Below, one piece after another: positions 1-8,472 of a DNA stretch of 20,000 nucleotides (its first letter is position 1; each line of letters begins with the position of its first letter). Location: IMG/VR virus record IMGVR_UViG_3300037420_000217, one strand, 5' to 3'. This stretch comes from an uncultured virus (IMG/VR IMGVR_UViG_3300037420_000217) (taxonomy: Duplodnaviria; Heunggongvirae; Uroviricota; Caudoviricetes). Below the pieces are notes generated by a model. It did not search any database, had not been told where the DNA came from, and was given only the letters and a program-made list of their open reading frames with translations. The position numbers and the translations under genes were made by a program.

Positions 1-1220
1 TCCTTGAATTGGACATCTTCGGTCTTGAGCTTGGGCCACAGCTCCTTGGGAATGCCGTTGAGCGTACACAACGCCCCCACGAAGTCCCGGTTGTAGGCAT
101 CCCGGATGTCGTTCTGGCACGACGTCACGGTCATGTAGAAGTCCGTCACCTTCATGGTGCCGAGTGCTAGGGAGCCGGTGCCATCACTGCCGAGCAGCAG
201 GTGGTCAGTCCCGAGGACAGTGGCCAGCTCCCGGTTGAGTCGATTGATGGCGTTGGCCACCTCGCCTTGGCCGGACGCGTCACCCTGGAGCAGGCTGACG
301 TCCCACATCTTCTCATTGGATGGTGCTTGCTTGTCATCCGTCGTGATGAAGGTGGCGCTGTCCATCAGCAACCCGGACTTCTCATTGCGGATGTGGTTGC
401 CGAGGAACCGGGTCAACGGCCCAAGGAGCTTGGTGGCCTCAGGCGCGGTCAGCTTGCCTTGGCGCTCCATCTCCCGCAGCTGCGTCAGTGGCGCGCGGGC
501 GATGGGAATGCCACGCAGGTCTGTCTCATAGCCGACCTGCTCAAGCTCCTCGTACGCTGTGAGGCGTTCCACGGTCTTGACAAGGTGACGCAGGATGCCC
601 AGGCCCTCAGGGCTGTCATTGAGCGAGTCATCCACCAGGTGGATGATCTTCTTGCGCGGCAGGTAAATCTCACCGGCCGCCAACTCCGGCAGCTGCCAGC
701 ACCCGAGGACTGACCCGTTGTCGTCCAAGTCCCAACGTTCGATGGTAGATTGGGGCCGTGCCTCCACGTCCAGCATGCCGAGCTTGCCGTCAACGTCGCG
801 GCGCTTGGCGGTCCACTCCTGGATGCTGAAGCCGAAGTAGCGGAACATGGCAGCCCGGCGGATGACCTTCGACCAGGGGGTGGTCATGTCGCACATACAT
901 GACTCAATGAAATCCGCGACTTCTTTCGCGCCGTTGAGCTCTTTGCCCTGGCTATCGGTCGCAGGCTCCACGCTCCAGGAGGACTTGCCGAGGATGTTGA
1001 GGAAGTAGCGGGTGCCAGCGGCCACGATGGACGTGTTGGCCAGGATGTCGCTGTAGGTGCGGTACTTGGCCTTGCCAGCGATGGAGGGGGAGCGCTCACG
1101 CTCAACCAGGTATCCACCGTAGGCCGTGGCCCCGCCCTTACCGGCTGTCACTGTGGGAGCGACGGCCTTGCGGCCAGGGCTGACGGCCTTCAGAATGTTG
1201 GTGAAAAGGCCGTCAGCCAT
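1..1220 (-). CDS. Phage portal protein (DUF935 / Mu gp29-like), 3' end runs off the window
   Basis: Absent from the ORF track because it has no stop in the window. Manual translation from ATG 1220 (RBS GAGGAG 8 nt upstream) is open to base 1: MADGLFTNILKAVSPG...YFGFSIQEW...DSPEGLGILR...DLRGIP...INRLNRELATVLG...GSLALG. These motifs and the position downstream of TerL fit DUF935-type portals. Confidence 0.85.
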   Translation of the reverse strand, partial: MADGLFTNILKAVSPGRKAVAPTVTAGKGGATAYGGYLVERERSPSIAGKAKYRTYSDILANTSIVAAGTRYFLNILGKSSWSVEPATDSQGKELNGAKEVADFIESCMCDMTTPWSKVIRRAAMFRYFGFSIQEWTAKRRDVDGKLGMLDVEARPQSTIERWDLDDNGSVLGCWQLPELAAGEIYLPRKKIIHLVDDSLNDSPEGLGILRHLVKTVERLTAYEELEQVGYETDLRGIPIARAPLTQLREMERQGKLTAPEATKLLGPLTRFLGNHIRNEKSGLLMDSATFITTDDKQAPSNEKMWDVSLLQGDASGQGEVANAINRLNRELATVLGTDHLLLGSDGTGSLALGTMKVTDFYMTVTSCQNDIRDAYNRDFVGALCTLNGIPKELWPKLKTEDVQFK

Positions 1221-1294
1221 ACCGAGGCTCCTCAAATCAGACGAGCAGCCTTACCCTGAACGATGGCGGATCGTCTAGGGAACAGGACCTGATG

Positions 1295-2299
1295 CTAGCA
1301 GGCCGGATCAACGATGCTGGGGCGATTGGCGCCAGCTTCCACTATGTTGCCGCAGCGCTTCACGTAGGTGGAGCGCTCGGTGTTGATGCTGGTCCGCCAC
1401 TGAGCAAGCGGCAGCGTCGCCACGCGATTGTTGGTGAGCTGGCATTGGCGGCAGTCATACAGGGCGATGCCCTGCGGATAGCTGCCCAGCACGTAGTTGT
1501 CGCTCACCGTGATCCGGTCGAAGCCGCCATCATCCACGCCGTCCCGGACGTGATTGAAGCCGCTGAACCCCTGGCTGTCGCCAAAGGAGCTGTTGAACCG
1601 GATCGTGATGTCGGCCACCGGCGGGAAGGTCGGACGGCTGTACATCTGGATGCAGTCGGGGTGTTCCAGGCTGGTGATGCGCGTGCCGTCGCAGACGTTC
1701 CGCTCGATCAGGCCCTTGTTGCTGCCTGGGCCAACGTTCACGCCATCCGACCGCATCGTGGTGAAGCGATTGCCCGCAATCCTGAAGTCGTGCGAGCCGT
1801 TGTCCATCACGATGCCGATCTTGAAGCCGTGGAACACGTTGTTGGTGATCGACATGTTGGCCGTGGCGTTGGACCGCAGCCCGTAGCCGTCGCCCTTGGC
1901 CCCCATCACACCGGCAATGCTGACCTCCGGTCCCTTGAGGAAGGCACCATTGAGGCTGAAGCCGGAGCCACCCGTGAGGATGATGGCATAGTTGTAGCAG
2001 TTCGTCAGAGCGCCGGGCACGCAGCCGTTGAGGAATGTGCCGCCCGTCACCTTGAAGTTGTTGACGTTCTTGAGGCTCATGCCGTTGATAGTGGAGCCGC
2101 GAGCGTCCACGGTCACGCTGGTGAAGGGGCGATCCTGGAGGACGATGGCGCTGTATGTCCCAGGAGCCAGGATGACAGTGTCACCGTCCTTGACAGCAGC
2201 CCAGGCCGTCCTGGTCGCTGTCTCAGGCGTGAAGTTGAGCGTTGCAGCGAGCGCAGGCGCTGCTAACAGGGTGAGCAGGAAGGCGAGCAGAAGTCGCAT
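1295..2299 (-). CDS. Secreted right-handed beta-helix (pectin lyase-like) protein, putative polysaccharide lyase/depolymerase
   Basis: Sec signal peptide MRLLLAFLLTLLAAPALA|A, DGDTVILAPGTY cap, repeated I(T/A)xN beta-helix rungs, HPDCIQ and SDGV motifs. RBS AAGGAG. Confidence 0.8.
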   Translation of the reverse strand: MRLLLAFLLTLLAAPALAATLNFTPETATRTAWAAVKDGDTVILAPGTYSAIVLQDRPFTSVTVDARGSTINGMSLKNVNNFKVTGGTFLNGCVPGALTNCYNYAIILTGGSGFSLNGAFLKGPEVSIAGVMGAKGDGYGLRSNATANMSITNNVFHGFKIGIVMDNGSHDFRIAGNRFTTMRSDGVNVGPGSNKGLIERNVCDGTRITSLEHPDCIQMYSRPTFPPVADITIRFNSSFGDSQGFSGFNHVRDGVDDGGFDRITVSDNYVLGSYPQGIALYDCRQCQLTNNRVATLPLAQWRTSINTERSTYVKRCGNIVEAGANRPSIVDPAC

Positions 2300-2308
2300 G
2301 TGGTCTCC

Positions 2309-5254
2309 TTACGAGGCGAGGTCGAAGGCACCGGGGCACCCGTTGCCGTTCGTCGCTCTCGTAGTCCCGCTCAGGTCTTCAGGGAAGCACTGATCAGTGG
2401 CACTGATCATCCCCTTGTGCGGCGAGAGGCTGGTGGGGTGGTAGTCCCCGCCACCTGCCTTCGCACCGCTCGGTGCCGACCAGGACTGATCGTTGACCCA
2501 TTTGGGATCAAGGTTGACGCCGGTCAGCGTGGTGGCCTCGAACACCTCGCCTGCGTTGTTGCCTGGACCAGCCACGTTGTTGAAGCTGCCAGCCCCAAAC
2601 AGCGCATTCTTGTAGCGGTCCACGCTGTGGATGGAGTGCCAGTTGCCCACGCGGAAGCGGTTCATGCGAGGTGTGGCACTGTCGTACAGGTCCGACTTCG
2701 CGTTGCGGTCCATGTAGGCGTTGCAGCGGTCGATCACGCGCTTTTGGACGCAGCCGAGGGCGCTGGGCGAGGTCTCGTTGATCGCCCCGTTGGAGGCCAC
2801 GCTGTTCTCGTTGTACACGAGGTTGATGCCTTCACCAGCGTAGGTGTTCCAGAGGTGGTACAGGAGCGGGATCGGCCGGATGGTGCCGTCAGCTGACAGC
2901 TCGCCGCCCTTCGAACTCGCGACGCCAGCATTGCTGTACACCTCAACGAAGTTCATCATCCAGCAGCCTGCGCGAGCGAGGTCACCCGTGGTGCCGGTCT
3001 GGTTGAAGTCCTTGGGCGTGGCCTTACACGTCGGGAAGCTGTTGAAGGCACGCATGCTCGTCTGGAGCTGAGGTCCAGGAAGCGTTGTACTGCCCGTCCC
3101 CTCAGCGCAGTAGTACTGCGACGGGTTGAACATGTTGGCGCCGTTGCTGAAGATGATCCCAACAACGTTGACCGCGACCGTGGTGCAGTTGGACGACTGC
3201 CCGGTCAGGTTGCTGGCGCTCATGGTGCCGCCCGCAACCAGCTTGATGTTGCTGAATGCGTCGATGCCCAGAGCCGGGCCACAGCCGTCGAAGATGCAGT
3301 TGGTGAACCACATCAGGCCCATGCGAGCCATACAGCGCTGTTGACTGGTCCCCGCGCCGGTGAGCTTGCAGCCTTCGAACCACGTCTCAAAGTTGTACTC
3401 AGAGGCGTTCGAAGGCGCGAGCGACTGATTGTCCAGCGCCGCCGTGGTGGTGTTGCCTTGGATCGTGACTTCCACGAACTTGACACGGCGACCACCGGTC
3501 TTGAGCGAGGTTGAGGCCGCAGGCGTGATGACCACATCCGCATAGGAGGACGTGGTGGACGGGTGGCGCTGGATGATCATCCAGGTGTCGCCCTTGGTGC
3601 CAGAGCTCATGTTGCTCGTGGTGCCGTGGTACCCGACGTAGGTGCCGCTCTTGAGGTAGATGACAATGTTGCCGGTGTCGTTCTTGTTGCGACCGCCCGA
3701 ACCGGTTGCCAGAGCGCTCTTGGTCAGGGCCGCGACCTTGGCCGCGCTGATCGTCGCGAACGGCGAGGCGTCGGCTGTGGCCTGGGTCAGGCTCGCCACC
3801 CCGGTGCCATCGTTGCCTGACGTCGGGTCCACGGTGGCATACATGGGAGCCCAGGCCGCCGAGGCATCCTTGCGGAACGGGATGCGCTTGGTGTTGTTCG
3901 TGGGCGCACCACCCGCCTGCGTCGGGATCGCGAGGCCATAGCCGTGCGTGTTGGACAGGAACGAAGCGCCCCGGAACGGGAACACATCGTACTCCAGCCC
4001 GTACCAACCATCAGAAAGGCTGCTGATGTCGATGGTCTGGCCGAACACCTGCACGATGTTGCCAGCCGTGCTGATCGTGGAGCGGACCATGCTCGTGACT
4101 TTGGCAGGCGTCAGCACCGTGTTGCCGTTGGACAGGTCGATCACGCGGAACTGGACGCAAGCGGCCATGCGGCCTGACTGGCCAAAGGGATGCCCAACGA
4201 CAAGCTCCGCACGCAGGCTGGAGGTCACACGCTGGTAGGGCTGCGTCAGCTCGGTGATGACCGGCTGGTATTGGGCTATGGTGCTGTTGTTGGTCTTGGT
4301 GATGATGTTGACGTTGCCAGCACGGCTCGCGCCGTACAGGTTGGCCGACGCATTGACAGCCGTGATCGTCTCACCGGCATGGATCGTCTGGTCAAGCACC
4401 ACGTAGATTTCAGCATCAGCCCCGTTCTGGATTTCCATCTTGGGGAGGGTGAAGCCGCCGCTGGCCGAGCCGATGCACTCCCAGCTCACGCCACCGTCCG
4501 TGACCACCTGGCCAACCGTGGTGTGCGTGGGGGCGGTGGCGCCGCAAGTCCCGGCCGTCGTGGCCCGGTAGAACTTGGTGGAGCCGCTGAAGTCCCGGAT
4601 GCGGCGATCATTGATGGCCACCACTTCACCGGTGGTCCAGTCGGGGTCAACCGGGAGGCGCAGGGCAATGGTCGGCTTGACAGTGCGTGACGGCGTAGTC
4701 GCACCGCCGGTGCTGTCGAAGCCCGCACCCTGGACCGTGAGCGTCAGCTTGGTCGGATCGAAGGTCTGCCCGATGGACATGCCCTTGAACACCAGCTTCA
4801 GGCCGTAGCCGTTGAGGTTCACCAGGTTCGTGGGGCTCGTGACAACCGGCGTGGCGTCCATGACCGTGACGGACAGCAGGTCGTTGTTGACAGCGCCGAC
4901 TGCGGTGCTGATGGAGAACGTGTCGCTGGTGGTGCCGATGTTGAGCACCACGTCCACGGTCGTGTCAGGATCGGTGCTGGAGTTGCGTCGCACCGAGAAC
5001 TGATCTCCGTTGACAGCCGTTCCGGCCGACGAGGTGTAGGCTCCACCGTTCTTGCTGTACGTGCCCCCGGTGACCGTGACCGCAGCCGTGCCATTGATGC
5101 CGGTGACGGTGATCGTGTTCGAGGTGTATTGCGTGTTGAGGGTGGCGCCCGTGACGTCGTTGAAATGGTAGGGGTCGGGCAGCACGTCAATCTGCCCTGA
5201 GACCTTTCCACCAAGCTGGCCGAGCCGTCCGAGGGAACCGGGACCTTTGCGCAT
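2309..5254 (-). CDS. 981-aa virion fibre/spike-like protein: Ig-like repeat + CBM5/12-like module + C-terminal beta-helix
   Basis: N-terminal GSLGRLGQLGG; Ig-like unit PDPYHFNDVTG...SNTITVTGIN...GGTYSKNGG...SDTFSIST; CBM-like WTTGEVVAIND...FYRATTAGT...TDGGVSWECIG; beta-helix cap VDPTSGNDGTG...SPFATISAA; terminal GDYHPTSLSP...DLSGTTR...GAFD. Very T/S/G/N-rich. Confidence 0.7.
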   Translation of the reverse strand: MRKGPGSLGRLGQLGGKVSGQIDVLPDPYHFNDVTGATLNTQYTSNTITVTGINGTAAVTVTGGTYSKNGGAYTSSAGTAVNGDQFSVRRNSSTDPDTTVDVVLNIGTTSDTFSISTAVGAVNNDLLSVTVMDATPVVTSPTNLVNLNGYGLKLVFKGMSIGQTFDPTKLTLTVQGAGFDSTGGATTPSRTVKPTIALRLPVDPDWTTGEVVAINDRRIRDFSGSTKFYRATTAGTCGATAPTHTTVGQVVTDGGVSWECIGSASGGFTLPKMEIQNGADAEIYVVLDQTIHAGETITAVNASANLYGASRAGNVNIITKTNNSTIAQYQPVITELTQPYQRVTSSLRAELVVGHPFGQSGRMAACVQFRVIDLSNGNTVLTPAKVTSMVRSTISTAGNIVQVFGQTIDISSLSDGWYGLEYDVFPFRGASFLSNTHGYGLAIPTQAGGAPTNNTKRIPFRKDASAAWAPMYATVDPTSGNDGTGVASLTQATADASPFATISAAKVAALTKSALATGSGGRNKNDTGNIVIYLKSGTYVGYHGTTSNMSSGTKGDTWMIIQRHPSTTSSYADVVITPAASTSLKTGGRRVKFVEVTIQGNTTTAALDNQSLAPSNASEYNFETWFEGCKLTGAGTSQQRCMARMGLMWFTNCIFDGCGPALGIDAFSNIKLVAGGTMSASNLTGQSSNCTTVAVNVVGIIFSNGANMFNPSQYYCAEGTGSTTLPGPQLQTSMRAFNSFPTCKATPKDFNQTGTTGDLARAGCWMMNFVEVYSNAGVASSKGGELSADGTIRPIPLLYHLWNTYAGEGINLVYNENSVASNGAINETSPSALGCVQKRVIDRCNAYMDRNAKSDLYDSATPRMNRFRVGNWHSIHSVDRYKNALFGAGSFNNVAGPGNNAGEVFEATTLTGVNLDPKWVNDQSWSAPSGAKAGGGDYHPTSLSPHKGMISATDQCFPEDLSGTTRATNGNGCPGAFDLAS

Positions 5255-5266
5255 GGCGGATGATCC

Positions 5267-5569
5267 TTACAGGACGCCGCAGGGAGTGATATACAGCGTG
5301 CCAGAGCCACTGAGGGCAGCGGCGGCGATCTTGTCTTCACCCCGCTTGACCTGGATGAAGTGGCGCTCGCCGGCAGCCAGCACGAAGTTGTAGGCTGCGC
5401 CGGTGTCAGGGGTCGGCCCCCGAGCGATCTTCATGTCAGCGCCCATGGCGTGGAGCATGACTTCATCAGCGTCGATCACGGCGCTGGTGGGAGTGCTGGA
5501 GGTGGTGATGGCCAGCGCCTCTTGGATGTTTCCATACAGACGGGTGCCAGCTTCATAGGGATCGAACAC
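5267..5569 (-). CDS. Small all-beta virion protein (about 100 aa), candidate head-spike base/decoration protein
   Basis: Start revised to GTG 5569 (AGGAG 8 nt upstream). Alternating beta-strand pattern ending KIAAAALSGSGTLYITP. Its stop TAA overlaps the RBS of the 981-aa gene. Function is inferred. Confidence 0.5.
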   Translation of the reverse strand: MFDPYEAGTRLYGNIQEALAITTSSTPTSAVIDADEVMLHAMGADMKIARGPTPDTGAAYNFVLAAGERHFIQVKRGEDKIAAAALSGSGTLYITPCGVL

Positions 5570-5647
5570 AGACGACGCTCCTGGATTGGACAAGCGCCGA
5601 GCAATGCTATGAGCCCGGTGAACATCGCACCCTTACTGCGGACCTCA

Positions 5648-5680
5648 GCCCAGAGGCAAGGCGGTTCACAGCCTCTGGGC
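5648..5680. terminator. Perfect 10-bp hairpin just downstream of TerL (terminator or RNA processing/stabilising stem)
   Basis: GCCCAGAGGC (5648-5657) / GCCTCTGGGC (5671-5680), 13-nt loop. There is no U-tract, so it is not a canonical intrinsic terminator. Confidence 0.45.
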
Positions 5681-5689
5681 GTTGGTCGG

Positions 5690-7375
5690 TCAGCCGAAGG
5701 CTCCAAGCGCCCTGTCAAGAGCGGATTGGTTTTCTTCGCTCGGCATTGATCCGGCTTTCACCTCTCGCGGACCCTCGGGCACCTGCGTGGTCGGCACGCT
5801 GATGAGGCGCTGATAGGCGCGGCTGGCGGCGTCCACCTGGTCCTTGTATGCGCCCCTAGGGAACGTGGCAAGCTCGTTGAGGAAGGCGTCATTCCACGGC
5901 CCCTTGACGATCTTGACGTTGCCATTGTTCCACTGCGAGGCGAGGGGGATGGCGCGGTCAGCCTTGTCGCCTGACTCAGGCGTGATGCTGAACTTGCGGC
6001 CGTCCAGGGCCTTGCCGAGGTGAGCCTTCTGCGACTTGCCGGCCGAGCCGGGGTCTTGGGGCAGGTCCTGGTGCACGCCAAAGTCGTCATCGCGAGCGGT
6101 GTCAACGATGTGTTGCTCAGCCGCTTCGATCTCAGCCCTGACCCTGGTGACGTGCTTCACCACGTAGCCGCCGGTGGGCGTCTTGCCAAGCATCACGCTG
6201 GCTGTGTAGGGGCTGGTCTTGCGCGTGGAACCGGCGATGTCCCAGCCTCGCACCCATTCGCAGTTGGCAGGGGCGAACTCCAAAGGCTCACCGCACGCAT
6301 CCCGCTTGAACATGCCGCCGCCACGAGGCGCGGGGCGCTGCTGCAGCTGACCAGCAACAGCGTAGTCGCCGCCCCATGAGCTGAGCGTGCGCTTGAGGTC
6401 CGCGACCCCCTTGGCAGTGAAGCGCTCAGGGAACAGCAGCTCATCCTCGACCGTGCGGGGGTCAGTGAAGGTCAGCTCCTCCGGCTGCGCAGGATCAGCG
6501 CCCGCTGGTCGCAGGACCGTGTGGCAGCGTCGGCTGGGTTCGAACTCCATGGGCAGCTCTAGGTGCACGTAGGGCAGCCCCTCGGCCAGGATCAGGCCGG
6601 ACACGTCCCGCTCGTGGACGCGCTGCATGATCACCACGAAGGCTGACTCATCCAGATCGTTCACGCGTGAGGGGACAACTTCGGTGAACCACTGCGCCTT
6701 GCTGTCAAGATCCACCTCGCTCTCAGCGGTCTTGACGTTGTGGGGGTCGTCGATGATGAACCTGTCGCCCCGCTCGCCGGTCGCTGTACCGCCGACCGAG
6801 GTGGCAATGCGGAAGCCCCTGTGGTCGTTCTCATACTTCACCTTGGCGTTCTGGTCGCTTGCCATGGCGAAGCGATCACCCCAGAGGTGTTGATACATGT
6901 CGCTTTCGATCAGCTGTCGAGCCCGGCGGTTGTCCCGGATCGTCAGTGACTCGCTGTACGAGGCTGACACGTAGCGCAGGAAGGGCTGGTTGCGTGGCCC
7001 CCACTCCCAGCTGGGCCAGATCACCTGCGTGAGCAGCGACTTCATCATGCCCGGCGGGACGTTGATGAGGAGCTTCTTGATGTGGCCGTAGCTGACCGCC
7101 TCAAGGTGGTCGCAGATCGCCCGGATCGCCCAACCATCCTTCATCTCGCGGCCAGGCTCCAGGACGGGCCACATCATCTTGGCGTAGTCGATCAACGACG
7201 CCTCTGCGATGTCCTGGTTGAGCAGCGCCAAGGCCTTCTGCGCATCGCTGAGGGCATGCGTGACCTTGGTGTGGATCGCGAGCCGAGCGCGCTCCTCCGG
7301 TGGCATGGGGCCGCGCCCCTGCTTGGTCTTGCCGATCAGGTGGTGGCGTCCGTTGTGGGGGTCCTTGAAGGTCAT
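5690..7375 (-). CDS. terL: Terminase large subunit
   Basis: ATPase motifs LLINVPPGMMKS (Walker A variant), FIIDDPH (Walker B), VIMQR; nuclease motifs RGWDIAGS and FPRGAYKDQVDA; LLFPERF linker. Confidence 0.95.
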   Translation of the reverse strand: MTFKDPHNGRHHLIGKTKQGRGPMPPEERARLAIHTKVTHALSDAQKALALLNQDIAEASLIDYAKMMWPVLEPGREMKDGWAIRAICDHLEAVSYGHIKKLLINVPPGMMKSLLTQVIWPSWEWGPRNQPFLRYVSASYSESLTIRDNRRARQLIESDMYQHLWGDRFAMASDQNAKVKYENDHRGFRIATSVGGTATGERGDRFIIDDPHNVKTAESEVDLDSKAQWFTEVVPSRVNDLDESAFVVIMQRVHERDVSGLILAEGLPYVHLELPMEFEPSRRCHTVLRPAGADPAQPEELTFTDPRTVEDELLFPERFTAKGVADLKRTLSSWGGDYAVAGQLQQRPAPRGGGMFKRDACGEPLEFAPANCEWVRGWDIAGSTRKTSPYTASVMLGKTPTGGYVVKHVTRVRAEIEAAEQHIVDTARDDDFGVHQDLPQDPGSAGKSQKAHLGKALDGRKFSITPESGDKADRAIPLASQWNNGNVKIVKGPWNDAFLNELATFPRGAYKDQVDAASRAYQRLISVPTTQVPEGPREVKAGSMPSEENQSALDRALGAFG

Positions 7376-7536
7376 TGCTCGCCGTCCTTGAGCGGCACGA
7401 TGCGGAACCGTTCTCCAGTGGGCAACGTAGCAACCAAACCGCGCAGCTTGGTGCCCTTTGGGAACCGGATCGCTGCCATGATTGCTGCTAGGCGCACTGC
7501 GTCCTCAATCCACTCGTCATTGGGCCGTTCAAACAT
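7372..7536 (-). CDS. Hypothetical 54-aa protein between terS and terL
   Basis: MFERPNDEWIEDAVRLAA...PLKDGEQ. Its ATG overlaps the terS stop (ATGTTTGA) and its TGA overlaps the terL ATG (ATGA). The longer 129-aa track ORF is an out-of-frame extension into terS. Confidence 0.7.
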   Translation of the reverse strand: MFERPNDEWIEDAVRLAAIMAAIRFPKGTKLRGLVATLPTGERFRIVPLKDGEQ

Positions 7537-8083
7537 CGCTGTGATCCTCCAGCTTCTGCTGCGAGATGACCTGATGCTGCTCAGCGGCCTTGACGCGTTG
7601 AGCTTCCAGGTCCTCCATGATGATGTCCCGGATGCGCTTCTTGGCGTCCAGGCTGAGCTGCTTGAAAACGTCCAGGCCGCCGCCGAGCTGACCCTGGTGA
7701 TTGACCGTGATCTCGCTCTTGTTGGCGAACTCAGGATGGAGCTTGGTCGCCATGAGCTCAAGCAGCCGGTCGGACTTCTTTTGAACGTACCCGACCACCT
7801 TGCCCATGTGGAACACCGGCTCGTTCCAGCCGTCCACGGCCCGGCTGCGCACCTCAGTCTTCACGCTCTCAAGGAACTTGGCGTAGGACTCATCCCACAG
7901 CTCTTGCCACTCAAGATCGCCGATAGCCGCTTGCGCGTTGATGGCGTCCATCACGCCGCCATACTTGACGCCGGACAGCTCACAGCTCTTGTACTTCGCC
8001 CCTGTGAGCTCAAGGTTGGTGCATATCTCCTGGAACAACGCCCAAGTGATCTTCACCCTGCTCTCGTCTGGCCGCTTTGCCAT
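7529..8083 (-). CDS. terS: Terminase small subunit
   Basis: EVRSRAVDGWNEPVFHMGKVVGYVQKKSDRLLELM matches the common TerS pattern E..RRA.EG..EPVF..G..VG..RKYSD.LL; N-terminal HTH-like segment; lies upstream of terL. Confidence 0.88.
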   Translation of the reverse strand: MAKRPDESRVKITWALFQEICTNLELTGAKYKSCELSGVKYGGVMDAINAQAAIGDLEWQELWDESYAKFLESVKTEVRSRAVDGWNEPVFHMGKVVGYVQKKSDRLLELMATKLHPEFANKSEITVNHQGQLGGGLDVFKQLSLDAKKRIRDIIMEDLEAQRVKAAEQHQVISQQKLEDHSDV

Positions 8084-8472
8084 GTGTCGTCCCTAAACGT
8101 TGGTAGCAATGAGGCTCCGCGCCCGCATGCTAATTGAGTCATGAGTTGGAGGGGAGTGGTGTTTCATTGCCCAGAACACGCGCTCACCATTCTCAGCCTA
8201 CTTAGGTTCGTACTTAACGCTGACAATTGAACGTAAGTACACTGAATGCCATCATAAAACACACATAAATATATGTTTCTCTTTACGTTAGTTAAGTAGA
8301 GATTGATATACTTATGTTCTTGTGGGCTATCGGTGCCGGAGCTAGGGAATTCCCTGTCTCGGAATACCCGAGTACCCACGAGCGTGTCAAGTAAGGTAAG
8401 AAAGCCTGGGCAACGCAGCATAATACAACGCTTACCTTTATAGCACTCGTTAAGCCAAAAGTCGCCGTTCGC
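8084..8472. promoter_or_regulatory. AT-rich non-coding control region upstream of terS (late promoter, packaging site or origin candidate)
   Basis: 8241-8320 has 22/80 G+C by count. It carries several inverted repeats and a 1-mismatch CtrA-like box at 8291-8306. Confidence 0.55.

Noticed and set aside
5690..7375. Intein or intron in terL
   Set aside because: The 561-aa ORF is uninterrupted, with normally spaced ATPase and nuclease motifs and no intein signatures.
8164..8421. 85-aa minus-strand ORF in the AT-rich region
   Set aside because: No convincing RBS, atypical composition, and it overlies palindromic regulatory-looking sequence.
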